Shown: in pieces, positions 1 through 12,387 of the stretch
Numbering within the stretch: the stretch's first letter is position 1
Layout: the number at the start of each line of letters is the position of its first letter
Assembly (NCBI RefSeq): GCF_035084215.1
Contig: NC_090328.1
Span: 5,952,001-6,016,000, forward strand
Source: Heptranchias perlo
Lineage: Eukaryota
Length of the DNA stretch: 64,000 nt
Direction of reading: 5' to 3'
Translations under genes and position numbers: made by a program
The notes under the pieces: generated by a model
What the model was told of the DNA's origin: nothing
The model's database searches: none
Seen by the model: only the letters and a program-made list of their open reading frames with translations

Positions 1-1995
1 ACAGCTGACAAGTTAACAGTGGTAAAGAGCTGACAAGCAAACAGTGTTAGACAGCTGACAAGTTAACAGTGTTAGACAGCTGACAAGCTAACAGTGTTAG
101 AGAGCTGACAAGCTAACAGTGTTAAATAGCTGACAAGTTAACAGTGTTAAATAACTTACAAGCTAACAGTGTTAGACAGCTGACAAGTTAACAGTGTTAG
201 ACAGCTGACAAGCTAACAGTGTTAAATAACTGACAAGCTAACAGTGTTAGACAGCTGACAAGTTAACAGTGTTAAAGAGCTGACAAGCTAACAGTGTTAG
301 TCAGCTGACAAGCTAACAGTGTTAGACAGCTGACTAGTTAACAGCGATAGACAGCTGACAAGTTAACAGTGTTAAAGAACTGACAAGCTAACATTGTTAG
401 ACAGCTGACAAGTTAACAGTGTTAGACAGCTGACTAGTTAACAGCGATAGACAGCTGACAAGTTAACAGTGTTAGACAGCTGACAAGTTAACAGCATTAG
501 ACAGCTGACAAGTTAACAGTGGTAAAGAGCTGACAAGCAAACAGTGTTAGACAGCTGACAAGCTAACAGTGTTAAATCGCTGACAAGTTAACAGTGTTAG
601 ACAGCTGACAAGTTAACAGTGTTAAATAACGGACAAGCTAACAGTGTTAGACAGCTGACAAGTTAACAGTGTTAGACAGCTGACAAGTTAACAGTGTTAA
701 ATAGCTGACAAGCTAACAGTGTTAGACAGCTGACAAGTTAACAGTGTTAAAGAGCTGACAAGTTAACAGTGTTAAATAACTGACAAGCTAACAGTGTTAG
801 ACAGCTGACAAGTTAACAGTGTTAAATAACTGACAAGCTAACAGTGTTAGACAGCTGACAAGTTAACAGTGTTAAATAACGGACAAGCTAACAGTGTTAG
901 ACAGCTGACAAGTTAACAGTGTTGAAGAGCTGACAAGTTAAGTGTATTAGACAGCTGACAAGTTAACAGTGTTAGACAGCTGACAAGCTAACAGTGTTAG
1001 ACAGCTGACAAGCTAACAGTGTTAAATAGCTGACAAGTTAACAGTGTTAAATAACTTACAAGCTAACAGTGTTAGACAGCTGACAAGTTAACAGTGTTAA
1101 ATAACTGACAAGCCAACAGTGTTAGACAGCTGACAAGTTAACAGTGTTAAAGAGCTGACAAGCTAACAGTGTTAGACAGCTGACAAGCTAACAGTGTTAG
1201 ACAGCTGACTAGTTAACAGCGATAGACAGCTGACAAGTTAACAGTGTTAAAGAACTGACAAGCTAACATTGTTAGACAGCTGACAAGTTAACAGTGTTAG
1301 ACAGGTGACTAGTTAACAGCGATAGACAGCTGACAAGTTAACAGTGTTAGACAGCTGACAAGTTAACAGCATTAGACAGCTGACAAGTTAACAGTGGTAA
1401 AGAGCTGACAAGCAAACAGTGTTAGACAGCTGACAAGTTAACAGTGTTAAATAACTGACAAGTTAACAGTGTTAAATAACTGACAAGCTAGCAGTGTTAA
1501 ATAGCTGACTAGTTAACAGTGTTAGACAGCTGACAAGTTAACAGTGTTAAATAACGGACAAGCTAACAGTGTTAGACAGCTGACAAGTTAACAGTGTTAG
1601 ACAGCTGACAAGTTAACAGCATTAGACAGCTGACAAGTTAACAGTGTTAAATAGCTGACAAGCTAACAGTGTTAGACAGCTGACAAGTTAACAGTGTTAA
1701 AGAGCTGACAAGTTAACAGTGTTAAATAACTGACAAGCTAACAGTGTTAGACAGCTGACAAGTTAACAGTGTTAAATAACTGACAAGCTAACAGTGTTAA
1801 ATAACTGACAAGTTAACAGTGTTAAATAACTGACAAGCTAACAGTGTTAGACAGCTGACTAGTTAACAGCGATAGACAGCTGACAAGTTAACAGTGTTAA
1901 AGAACTCACAAGCTAACATTGTTAGACAGCTGACAAGTTAACAGTGTTAGACAGCTGACTAGTTAACAGCGATAGACAGCTGACAAGTTAACAGT

Positions 1996-2212
1996 CTGGA
2001 ACGAGCTGCCAGAGGCAGTAGTAGAGGCGGGTACAATTTTGTCTTTTAGAAAGCATTTGGACAGTTACATGGGTAAGATGGGTATGGAGGGATATGGGCC
2101 AAGTGCAGGCAATTGGGACTAGCTTCGTGGTATAAACTGGGCGACATGGACATGTTGGGCCGAAGGGCCTGTTTCCATGTTGTAACTTCTATGATTCTAT
2201 GATTCTATGATT
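1996..2212 (+). mobile_element. CR1 LINE 3'-terminal fragment inside the satellite (copy 1)
   Basis: Encodes ...WNELPEAVVEAGTILSFRKHLDSYMGKMGMEGYGPSAGNWD* and ends in an (ATTCTATG)n tail. Nearly identical to the reverse complement of about 8427-8642. Confidence 0.95.
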
Positions 2213-4434
2213 AGACAGCTGACAAGTTAACAGCATTAGACAGCTGACAAGTTAACAGTGGTAAAGAGCTGACAAGCAAACAGTGTTAGACAGCTGACAA
2301 GTTAAAAGTGATAAATAACGGACAAGCTAACAGTGTTAGACAGCTGACAAGTTAACAGTGTTAGACAGCTGACAAGTTAACAGCATTAGACAGCTGACAA
2401 GTTAACAGTGTTAAATAGCTGACAAGCTAACAGTGTTAGACAGCTGACAAGTTAACAGTGTTAAAGAGCTGACAAGTTAACAGTGTTAAATAACTGACAA
2501 GCTAACAGTGTTAGACAGCTGACAAGTTAACAGTGTTAAAGAGCTGACAAGTTAATAGTGTTAAAGAGCTGACAAGTTAACAGTGTTAGACAGCTGACAA
2601 GTTAATAGCGTTAGACAGCTGACAAGTTAACAGTGTTAAATAACTGACAAGCTAACAGTGTTAAATAGCTGACAAGTTAACAGTGTTAAATAACTTACAA
2701 GCTAACAGTGTTAGAAAGCTGACAAGTTAACTGTGTTAGACAGCTGACAAGCTAACAGTGTTAGATAGCTGACAAGTTAACAGTGTTAGACAGCTGACAA
2801 GCTAACAGTGTTAAATAACTGACAAGCTAACAGTGTTAGACAGCTGACAAGTTAACAGTGTTAAATAACTGACAAGCTAACAGTGATAGACAGCTGACAA
2901 GTTAACAGTGTTAAAGAGCTGACAAGCTAACAGTGTTAGACAGCTGACAAGTTAACAGTGTTAAAGAACTGACAAGCTAACATCGTTAGACAGCTGACAT
3001 GTTAACAGCGTCAGACAGCTGACAAGTTAACAGTGGTAAAGAGCTGACAAGCAAACAGTGTTGGACAGCTAACAAGTTAACAGTGTTAAATAACTGACAA
3101 GTTAACAGCGTTAGACAGCTGACAAGCTAACAGCGTTAAATAGCTGACAAGCTAACAGTGTTAAATAGCTGACAAGCTAACAGTGTTAGACAGCTGACAA
3201 GTTAACAGTGTTAAATAACTGACAAGCTAACAGTGTTAGACAGCTGACAAGTTAACAGTGTTAAATAACGGACAAGCTAACAGTGTTAGACAGCTGACAA
3301 GTTAACAGTGTTGAAGAGCTGACAAGTTAAGTGTATTAGACAGCTGACAAGTTAATAGCGTTAGACAGCTGACAAGTTAACAGTGTTAAATAACTGACAA
3401 GCTAACAGTGTTAGACAGCTGACAAGCTAACAGTGTTAGACAGCTGACAAGCTAACAGTGTTAAATAGCTGACAAGTTAACAGTGTTAAATAACTTACAA
3501 GCTAACAGTGTTAGACAGCTGACAAGTTAACAGTGTTAAATAACTGACAAGCTAACAGTGTTAGACAGCTGACAAGTTAACAGTGTTAAAGAGCTGACAA
3601 GCTAACAGTGTTAGACAGCTGACAAGCTAACAGTGTTAGACAGCTGACTAGTTAACAGCGATAGACAGCTGACAAGTTAACAGTGTGAAAGAACTGACAA
3701 GCTAACATTGTTAGACAGCTGACAAGTTAACAGTGTTAGACAGGTGACTAGTTAACAGCGATAGACAGCTGACAAGTTAACAGTGTTAGACAGCTGACAA
3801 GTTAACAGCATTAGACAGCTGACAAGTTAACAGTGGTAAAGAGCTGACAAGCAAACAGTGTTAGACAGCTGACAAGTTAACAGTGTTAAATAACTGACAA
3901 GTTAACAGTGTTAAATAACTGACAAGCTAGCAGTGTTAAATAGCTGACCAGTTAACAGTGTTAGACAGCTGACAAGTTAACAGTGTTAAATAACGGACAA
4001 GCTAACAGTGTTAGACAGCTGACAAGTTAACAGTGTGAGACAGCTGACAAGTTAACAGCATTAGACAGCTGACAAGTTAACAGTGTTAAATAGCTGACAA
4101 GCTAACAGTGTTAAACAGCTGACAAGTTAACAGTGTTAAAGAGCTGACAAGTTAACAGTGTTAAATAACTGACAAGCTAACAGTGTTAGACAGCTGACAA
4201 GTTAACAGTGTTAAATAACTGACAAGCTAACAGTGTTAAATAACTGACAAGTTAACAGTGTTAAATAACTGACAAGCTAACAGTGTTAGACAGCTGACTA
4301 GTTAACAGCGATAGACAGCTGACAAGTTAACAGTGTTAAAGAACTGACAAGCTAACATTGTTAGACAGCTGACAAGTTAACAGTGTTAGACAGCTGACTA
4401 GTTAACAGCGATAGACAGCTGACAAGTTAACAGT

Positions 4435-4651
4435 CTGGAACGAGCTGCCAGAGGCAGTAGTAGAGGCGGGTACAATTTTGTCTTTTAAAAAGCATTTGGA
4501 CAGTTACATGGGTAAGATGGGTATGGAGGGATATGGGCCAAGTGCAGGCAATTGGGACTAGCTTCGTGGTATAAACTGGGCGACATGGACATGTTGGGCC
4601 GAAGGGCCTGTTTCCATGTTGTAACTTCTATGATTCTATGATTCTATGATT
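4435..4651 (+). mobile_element. CR1 LINE 3'-terminal fragment inside the satellite (copy 2)
   Basis: Same 217 bp and same junctions as copy 1. Confidence 0.95.
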
Positions 4652-6023
4652 GGACAGCTGACAAGTTAACAGCATTAGACAGCTGACAAGTTAACAATGG
4701 TAAAGAGCTGACAAGCAAACAGTGTTAGACAGCTGACAAGTTAAAAGTGTTAAATAACTGACAAGTTAACAGTGTTAGACAGCTGACAAGTTAACAGTGT
4801 TAGACAGCTGACAAGTTAACAGCATTAGACAGCTGACAAGTTAACAGTGGTAAAGAGCTGACAAGCAAACAGTGTTAGACAGCTGACAAGTTAACAGTGT
4901 TAGACAGCTGACAAGCTAACAGTGTTAGAGAGCTGACAAGTTAACAGTGTTAAATAACTGACAAGTTAACAGTGTTAAATAACTGACAAGCTAACAGTGT
5001 TAGACAGCTGACAAGTTAACAGTGTTAAATAACGGACAAGCTAACAGTGTTAGACAGCTGACAAGTTAACAGTGTTGAAGAGCTGACAAGTTAAGTGTAT
5101 TAGACAGCTGACAAGTTAACAGCATTAGACAGCTGACAAGTTAACAGTGTTAAATAACTTACAAGCTAACAGTGTTAGACAGCTGACAAGTTAACAGTGT
5201 TAAATAACTGACAAGCTAACAGTGTTAGACAGCTGACAAGCTAACAGTGTTAGACAGCTGACTAGTTAACAGCGATAGACAGCTGACAAGTTAACAGTGT
5301 TAAAGAACTGACAAGCTAACATTGTTAGACAGCTGACAAGTTAACAGTGTTAGACAGGTGACTCGTTAACAGCGATAGACAGCTGACAAGTTAACAGTGT
5401 TAGACAGCTGACAAGTTAACAGCATTAGACAGCTGACAAGTTAACAGTGGTAAAGAGCTGACAAGCAAACAGTGTTAGACAGCTGACAAGTTAACAGTGT
5501 TAAATAACTGACAAGTTAACAGTGTTAAATAACTGACAAGCTAGCAGTGTTAAATAGCTGACTAGTTAACAGTGTTAGACAGCTGACAAGTTAACAGTGT
5601 TAAATAACGGACAAGCTAACAGTGTTAGACAGCTGACAAGTTAACAGTGTGAGACAGCTGACAAGTTAACAGCATTAGACAGCTGACAAGTTAACAGTGT
5701 TAAATAACTGACAAGCTAACAGTGTTAAAGAGCTGACAAGTTAACAGTGTTAAATAACTGACAAGCTAACAGTGTTAGACAGCTGACAAGTTAACAGTGT
5801 TAAATAACTGACAAGCTAACAGTGTTAAATAACTGACAAGTTAACAGTGTTAAATAACTGACAAGCTAACAGTGTTAGACAGCTGACTAGTTCACAGCGA
5901 TAGACAGCTGACAAGTTAACAGTGTTAAAGAACTGACAAGCTCACATTGTTAGACAGCTGACAAGTTAACAGTGTTAGACAGCTGACTAGTTAACAGCGA
6001 TAGACAGCTGACAAGTTAACAGT

Positions 6024-6240
6024 CTGGAACGAGCTGCCAGAGGCAGTAGTAGAGGCGGGTACAATTTTGTCTTTTAAAAAGCATTTGGACAGTTACATGG
6101 GTAAGATGGGTATGGAGGGATATGGGCCAAGTGCAGGCAATTGGGACTAGCTTAGTGGTATAAACTGGGCGACATGGACATGTTGGGCCGAAGGGCCTGT
6201 TTCCATGTTGTAACTTCTATGATTCTATGATTCTATGATT
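6024..6240 (+). mobile_element. CR1 LINE 3'-terminal fragment inside the satellite (copy 3)
   Basis: Same 217 bp and junctions; carries CTTAGTGG, as the long copy at 8.4 kb does. Confidence 0.95.
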
Positions 6241-7137
6241 AGACAGCTGACAAGTTAACAGCATTAGACAGCTGACAAGTTAACAATGGTAAAGAGCTGA
6301 CAAGCAAACAGTGTTAGACAGCTGACAAGTTAAAAGTGTTAAATAACTGACAAGTTAACAGTGTTAAATAGCTGACAAGTTAACAGTGTTAGACAGCTGA
6401 CAAGTTAACAGTGTTAAATAACGGACAAGCTAACAGTGTTAGACAGCTGACAAGTTAACAGTGTTAGACAGCTGACAAGTTAACAGCATTAGACAGCTGA
6501 CAAGTTAACAGTGGTAAAGAGCTGACAAGCAAACAGTGTTAGACAGCTGACAAGTTAACAGTGTTAGACAGCTGACAAGCTAACAGTGTTAGAGAGCTGA
6601 CAAGCTAACAGTGTTAAATAGCTGACAAGTTAACAGTGTTAAATAACTTACAAGCTAACAGTGTTAGACAGCTGACAAGTTAACAGTGTTAGACAGCTGA
6701 CAAGTTAACAGTGTTAAATAACGGACAAGCTAACAGTGTTAGACAGCTGACAAGTTAACAGTGTTAGACAGCTGACAAGTTAACAGCATTAGACAGCTGA
6801 CAAGTTAACAGTGTTAAATAGCTGACAAGTTAACAGTGTTCGACAGCTGACAAGTTAACAGTGTTAAAGAGCTGACAAGTTAACAGTGTTAAATAACTGA
6901 CAAGCTAACAGTGTTGGACAGCTGACAAGTTAACAGTGTTAAATAACTGACAAGCTAACAGTGTTAAATAACTGACAAGCTAACAGTGTTAGACAGCTGA
7001 CTAGTTAACAGCGATAGACAGCTGACAAGTTAACAGTGTTAAAGAACTGACAAGCTAACATTGTTAGACAGCTGACAAGTTAACAGTGTTAGACAGCTGA
7101 CTAGTTAACAGCGATAGACAGCTGACAAGTTAACAGT

Positions 7138-7354
7138 CTGGAACGAGCTGCCAGAGGCAGTAGTAGAGGCGGGTACAATTTTGTCTTTTAAAAAGCATTT
7201 GGACAGTTACATGGGTAAGATGGGTATGGAGGGATATGGGCCAAGTGCAGGCAATTGGGACTAGCTTCGTGGTATAAACTGGGCGACATGGACATGTTGG
7301 GCCGAAGGGCCTGTTTCCATGTTGTAACTTCTATGATTCTATGATTCTATGATT
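7138..7354 (+). mobile_element. CR1 LINE 3'-terminal fragment inside the satellite (copy 4)
   Basis: Same 217 bp and junctions. Confidence 0.95.
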
Positions 7355-8049
7355 AGACAGCTGACAAGTTAACAGCATTAGACAGCTGACAAGTTAACAG
7401 TGGTAAAGAGCTGACAAGCAAACAGTGTTAGACAGCTGACAAGTTAAAAGTGATAAATAACGGACAAGCTAACAGTGTTAGACAGCTGACAAGTTAACAG
7501 TGTTAGACAGCTGACAAGTTAACAGTGTTGGACAGCTGACAAGCTCACAGTGTTCGACAGCTGACAAGCTAACAGTGTTAAATAGCTGACAAGCTAACAG
7601 TGTTAAATAACTGACAAGCTAACAGTGTTAAATAGCTGACAAGCTAACATTGTTAAATAACTGACAAGCTAACAGTGTTAGACAGCTGACAAGTTAAAAG
7701 TGATAAATAACGGACAAGCTAACAGTGTTAGACAGCTGACAAGTTAACAGTGTTAGACAGCTGACAAGTTAACAGTGTTAGACAGCTGACAAGCTCACAG
7801 TGTTCGACAGCTGACAAGCTAACAGTGTTAAATAGCTGACAAGCTAACAGTGTTAAATAACTGACAAGCTAACAGTGTTAAATAGCTGACAAGCTAACAT
7901 TGTTAAATAACTGACAAGCTAACAGTGTTAGACAGCTGACAAGTTACAGTGTTAAAAAGCTGACAAGCTATATCTTCGTTCCAGCTGGGTCGATGGTTAG
8001 GTTTATGAATGTTTCCTGATTTTATTGATTGTTGCGTAGGTGGCCCTTT

Positions 8050-8199
8050 AATTCGTGACAGTCGAACCGCCGGCTAACCAATGGGAGCAAGTTGGCGATT
8101 TCGGGGTTTGACTGAGCATGTGCGCATTCACAAACCCACTCCATCGATTCGCCGGCGGTCAGAGAGGACGCCGTTGCAATGTGGCGTCCTCGGGTGAGT
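8050..8199 (+). promoter_or_regulatory. Candidate CpG-rich promoter / first exon
   Basis: CpG cluster, CCAAT (TAACCAATGGG), an NRF1-like GCATGTGCGCA and a consensus donor CGG|GTGAGT at 8193/8194. Confidence 0.35.
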
Positions 8200-8339
8200 A
8201 ATTTGTGGCCCAATATCAGGTCATTATCTCATTGCTGTTTCTGGGATCTTGCTGTGCGCAAACTGTCTGCCACATTTGACTACACTTCAAAGGTAAATCT
8301 TTGGCTGTGAAGCACTTTGGGATGTCCTGAGGCTGTATC

Positions 8340-9830
8340 TTGAGGAAGAGCAGGGGGAGTTCTCCCCGGTGTCCTGACCAATATTTATCCATCAACCAAC
8401 ATGGTGAAAAAAAGTGAAAATGGTGATCATAGAATCATAGAATCATAGAAGTTACAACATGGAAACAGGCCCTTCGGCCCAACATGTCCATGTCGCCCAG
8501 TTTATACCACTAAGCTGGTCCCAATTGCCTGCACTTGGCCCATATCCCTCTATACCCATCTTACCCATGTAACTGTCCAAATGCTTTTTAAAAGACAAAA
8601 TTGTACCCGCCTCTACTACTGCCTCTGGCAGCTCGTTCCAGACACTCACCACCCTTTGAGTGAAAAAATTGCCCCTCTGGACCCTTTTGTATCTCTCCCC
8701 TCTCACCTTAAATCTGTGTCCCCTCGTTATAGACTCCCCTACCTTTGGGAAAAGATTTTGACTATCTACCTTATCTATGCCCCTCATTATTTTATAGACT
8801 TCTATAAGATCACCCCTAAACCTCCTACTCTCCAGGGAAAAAAGTCCCAGTCTATCTAACCTCTCCCTATAAGTCAAACCATCAAGTCCCGGTAGCATCC
8901 TAGTAAATCTTTTCTGCGCTCTTTCTAGTTTAATAATATCCTTTCTATAATAGGGTGACCAGAACTGTACACAGTATTCCAAATGTGGCCTTACTAATGT
9001 CTTGTACAACTTCATCAAGACATCCCAACTCCTGTATTCAATGTTCTGACCAATGAAACCAAGCATGCCGAATGCCTTCTTCACCACCCTATCCACCTGT
9101 GACTCCACTTTCAAGGAGCTATGAACCTGTACTCCTAGATCTCTTTGTTCTATAACTCTCCCCAACGCCCTACCATTAACGGAGTAGGTCCTGGCCCGAT
9201 TCGATCTACCAAAATGCATCACCTCACATTTATCTAAATTAAACTCCATCTGCCATTCATCGGCCCACTGGCCCAATTTATCAAGATCCCGTTGCAATCC
9301 TAGATAACCTTCTTCACTGTCCACAATGCCACCAATCTTGGTGTCATCTGCAAACTTACTAACCATGCCTCCTAAATTCTCATCCAAATCATTAATATAA
9401 ATAACAAATAACAGCGGACCCAGCACCGATCCCTGAGGCACACCGCTGGTCACAGGCCTCCAGTTTGAAAAACAACCCTCTACAACCACCCTCTGTCTTC
9501 TGCCGTCAATCCAATTTTGTATCCAATTGGCTACCTCACCTTGGATCCCGTGAGATTTAACCTTATGTAACAACCTACCATGCGGTACCTTGTCAAAGGC
9601 TTTGCTGAAGTCCATGTAGACCACGTCTACTGCACAGCCCTCATCTATCTTCTTGGTTCTTGATCTTGTCATTTATCTCATTGCTGTTTGTGGGATCTTG
9701 CTGTGTGAAAATTGGCTGCCATGTTTCCTACGTTATAACAGCGACCACACTTCAAAAGTATTTAATTGGCTGTGAAGCGCTTTGGGAAGTCCTGAGGACG
9801 TGAAAGGCGCTATATAAATGCAAGGTCTTT
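8340..9830 (+). mobile_element. DeuSINE (SacSINE1-like) split by the CR1 insertion (parts about 8340-8428 and 9661-9830)
   Basis: The two halves are collinear with the intact copy at 44127-44585 and end in GTGAAAGGCGCTATATAAATGCAAG. A further fragment lies at about 8218-8335. Confidence 0.8.
8427..9660 (-). mobile_element. Young 5'-truncated CR1 LINE with an uninterrupted ORF2 reverse-transcriptase C-terminal half (ORF 8452-9672)
   Basis: Motifs YMDFSKAFDKVPH, GVPQGSVLGP, KFADDTK, LVRPHLEYC, RGH..K and WN.LP; (ATTCTATG)n tail; candidate TSD TGATC at 8424-8428 and 9661-9665. Confidence 0.96.
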
Positions 9831-10234
9831 CTATCTCCTTGCTCTTCTTCAAATATTACCATGGGATCTCCACCATCCGAATCACCGAAACAAGTGGGCA
9901 CTGCCTCCGTTCAGCATTCTAACCAATGGATGGCACCTCCAACATCTGGGTTGGTCCATTAGAAGGTGACGCTCATGAGGTGTTGTTACCACCTGAGGTG
10001 CCCTTGACATCTCACTGTCGGAGGCTGAATGCCACTATATTTAGGACCTAATCAAAGTGTCTCTCAGCACTGTGTGTCGGTAATACTGCAGCCCCTTAAA
10101 ACTGGAAATCAGATCGTGAAATCATGCATTGCTACTGAAAAGTGCCATAAACTGATTGTAATCCATCCAGGCGTGTTTTTATTGTGACTAATTAAATGAA
10201 ACAGCGCAGTAATCTGCAGGCTGGCACCAGGTAA

Positions 10235-10440
10235 ATAACCATGAAAAGCTGTCGGATTGTTGTAAAAACCCGACTGGTTCACTGACGTCCTTCAGGGAAG
10301 GGAACCTGCCGTCCTTACCCGGCCTGGGCCGACATGTCTCTCCAGTCCCACACTATCTAGTTGACTCGCAATGCCCTCATGGCAACTAGGGATGAGCAAT
10401 AAATGTTGGCTTGTCAGTGACACCCACATCCCCAGATTAA
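10235..10440 (+). mobile_element. SINE fragment, same family as 40128-40560
   Basis: GGTTCACT..GTCCTT.AGGGAAGG core and a GGCAA.TAGGGATG.GCAATAAATG tail. Confidence 0.75.
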
Positions 10441-10509
10441 TATGTTACAAAGAAATTTTTGACAAGATTTTTCCCAACAAGTGTGTGTGTGTGAATGAAT
10501 GTGCGTCGA

Positions 10510-10650
10510 TGAAAACATAAAATTACAAAGCGATATTGATAGATTAGGTGAATGGGCAAAACTGTGGCAAATGGAATTCAATGTAGGCAAATGTGAGGTC
10601 ATCCACTTTGGATCAAAAAAGGATAGAACAGGGCGCTTTCTAAAGTGAGA
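10510..10650 (+). mobile_element. CR1 RT internal fragment
   Basis: Reads LQSDIDRLGEWAKLWQMEFNVGKCEVIHFG. Confidence 0.8.
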
Positions 10651-11079
10651 AGAAACACCATAAAAGTTCATGTTAAATGAAAATAATTCCAGGGATACAT
10701 AAAAATTCCAATCTCAGAGCCCCCGGAGCAGGAATGGTTCACACACAGCTTTTGCCCCACTTGTTGTGCATATCTCTTCCCACCTGAGCTTCCCCTTTTG
10801 TCGCTCATTACCACGTGCACGCTGAATTCACGCCCGTGCAGTGGGAGCTTGTATGCACAGAGGCAGAGTTTTGAAGCAATTTAAAGGGCTGCAGCAGCGA
10901 ATTTAAGAACATATTTTCACAGCTGGCAGACCACACAGTACGTTAAAGAGTACACCAATTCTACAGTTTTACCTGTGTTAAAGAGTGACAAATCTGTGAG
11001 TACAGTGAACTGAAGTGTTTTACCTTGGGATGATGCTGAGCGTTCAGTGCCTTCCGATTGCTTTAAATCACTTTTTGAC

Positions 11080-11400
11080 ATACTACAACCCTCCAAGATC
11101 TCTGCATACCTCCAATTCTGGCCTCTTGTGCATCCCTGATTTCTATCGCTCTGCCATTGGCGGCCGTGCCTTCAGCTGCCTAGACTCTAAGATCTGGAAT
11201 TCCCTCCTTAAACCTCTCCGCCTCTCTCTCCTCCTTTAAGACGCTCCTTAAAACTTACCTCTCTGATCAAACTTTTGGTCACCTGTCCTAATATCTCCTT
11301 ATGTGGCTCGGTGTCAAATTTTGTTTGATAATCGCTCCTGTGAAGCGCCTTGGGACGTTTTACTACGTTAAAGGCGCTATATAAATGCAAGGTGTTGTCG
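11080..11400 (+). mobile_element. L2-clade LINE 3' fragment
   Basis: GGRAFS..WNSL..FK.LLKT frame and a 3' UTR ending AAAGGCGCTATATAAATGCAAG; multi-copy in the window. Confidence 0.85.
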
Positions 11401-11839
11401 TTTCACTGAAAAGCAGAGTCTGTTCAGGTCTGAAGTTGGTACAATGATGAGATTTCATTAAAAAAAAACAAGCTGAGTAAGTTTGCAAAGGCAGCGGTGA
11501 GCACACAGCAGGAGAAGACTCATTTGGGGGTTTTCCCCAATGGCTTATGAATATAATACACTGAGTGGCCTTGAGTCTCCGCCGGAGGTGTCCTGATCTC
11601 TCCCGCCGTGTCTTCGGTTCGACCCCCAAGAGTGTCGGCGTGAATGGCTGCTAAGACCCTTCTTCTGGGCATTCCGCCGGTGATAGCGGGCGATCTGGAG
11701 AACCCCTGTGGAATTTCCTGGCCTGGAAGAGCATGGGCGGATTTACAGATGGAACACAGGAGCCTCCTGGACCGGAAAAGACCCTGCAGCCCATCCGGCC
11801 GGTCCCGGATATGAACGGCCCTCCAGTGAACAGTGAGCC

Positions 11840-12260
11840 CCTGGAATACGTTGCCGGGCTGGTGTGGTAGGTGCTGACTCTCTGTCGGCCTTCAAGAGGG
11901 AGCTGGACGGGTTCCTGACTGGGGCAGGGATCACATCGTATAGAACGCAAGAGTCATTACAGATAACACTTGGTCCATGTGATCCCCTGGACTGGTCTCG
12001 ATCGCCTGGGGGTGGGTGGAGGGGGTAGGAGAGGAATTTTCCAGAGTATTTTTCCCCCTTATTGGCCCAGGGTTGTTTCTCTGGTTTTTGCCTTTCCCAG
12101 GAGGTTACATGGCTGCGGGGGGGGAGGGGGTGTTGGCGGGGGGGGGGGAGGGGAGAAGGAGGAAGTCTTTAGTCATGATGGTCCAGCCATCATGGCGTGT
12201 GGGGCGGGCTTGATGGACCAGCTGGTCTTTTCCTGTCCGTCAATTTTATATGTTTGTGTA
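11840..12260 (+). mobile_element. CR1-type LINE 3' end with a long 3' UTR
   Basis: Degenerate WN.LP...FKRELD frame followed by a CR1-like terminus (GATGGACCAGCTGGTCTTTTCCTG). Confidence 0.6.
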
Positions 12261-12387
12261 AGTGTCGGAATTCTTCAGGTGTAAAGATGATTGTGCAAAA
12301 ACACTAGTTTTTTTCTCCAGTGAAATGGAACCAGCCTCACCACACTGTGCGCACAGTGAGTGCTGAAAGGATATAGACGGTCTCACA

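Larger units (their letters stand above)
1..7970. repeat. 25-bp tandem satellite (consensus ACAGCTGACAAGTTAACAGTGTTAG), about 280 units, open at the window's left edge
   Basis: Direct 25-bp periodicity with recurring variant units (GGTAAAGAG, GCGATAG, GCATTAG, AATAAC). Interrupted four times by a 217-bp LINE fragment. Confidence 0.97.

Noticed and set aside
1-7970. CRISPR-like appearance (short palindromic repeats with inserts)
   Set aside because: The repeats are head-to-tail with no unique spacers, the inserts are near-identical LINE fragments, there are no cas genes and the context is eukaryotic.
8452-9672. 406-aa ORF as a host gene or autonomous element
   Set aside because: It is a 5'-truncated CR1 ORF2 lacking the endonuclease and the RT N-terminus; the Met comes from flanking SINE sequence.
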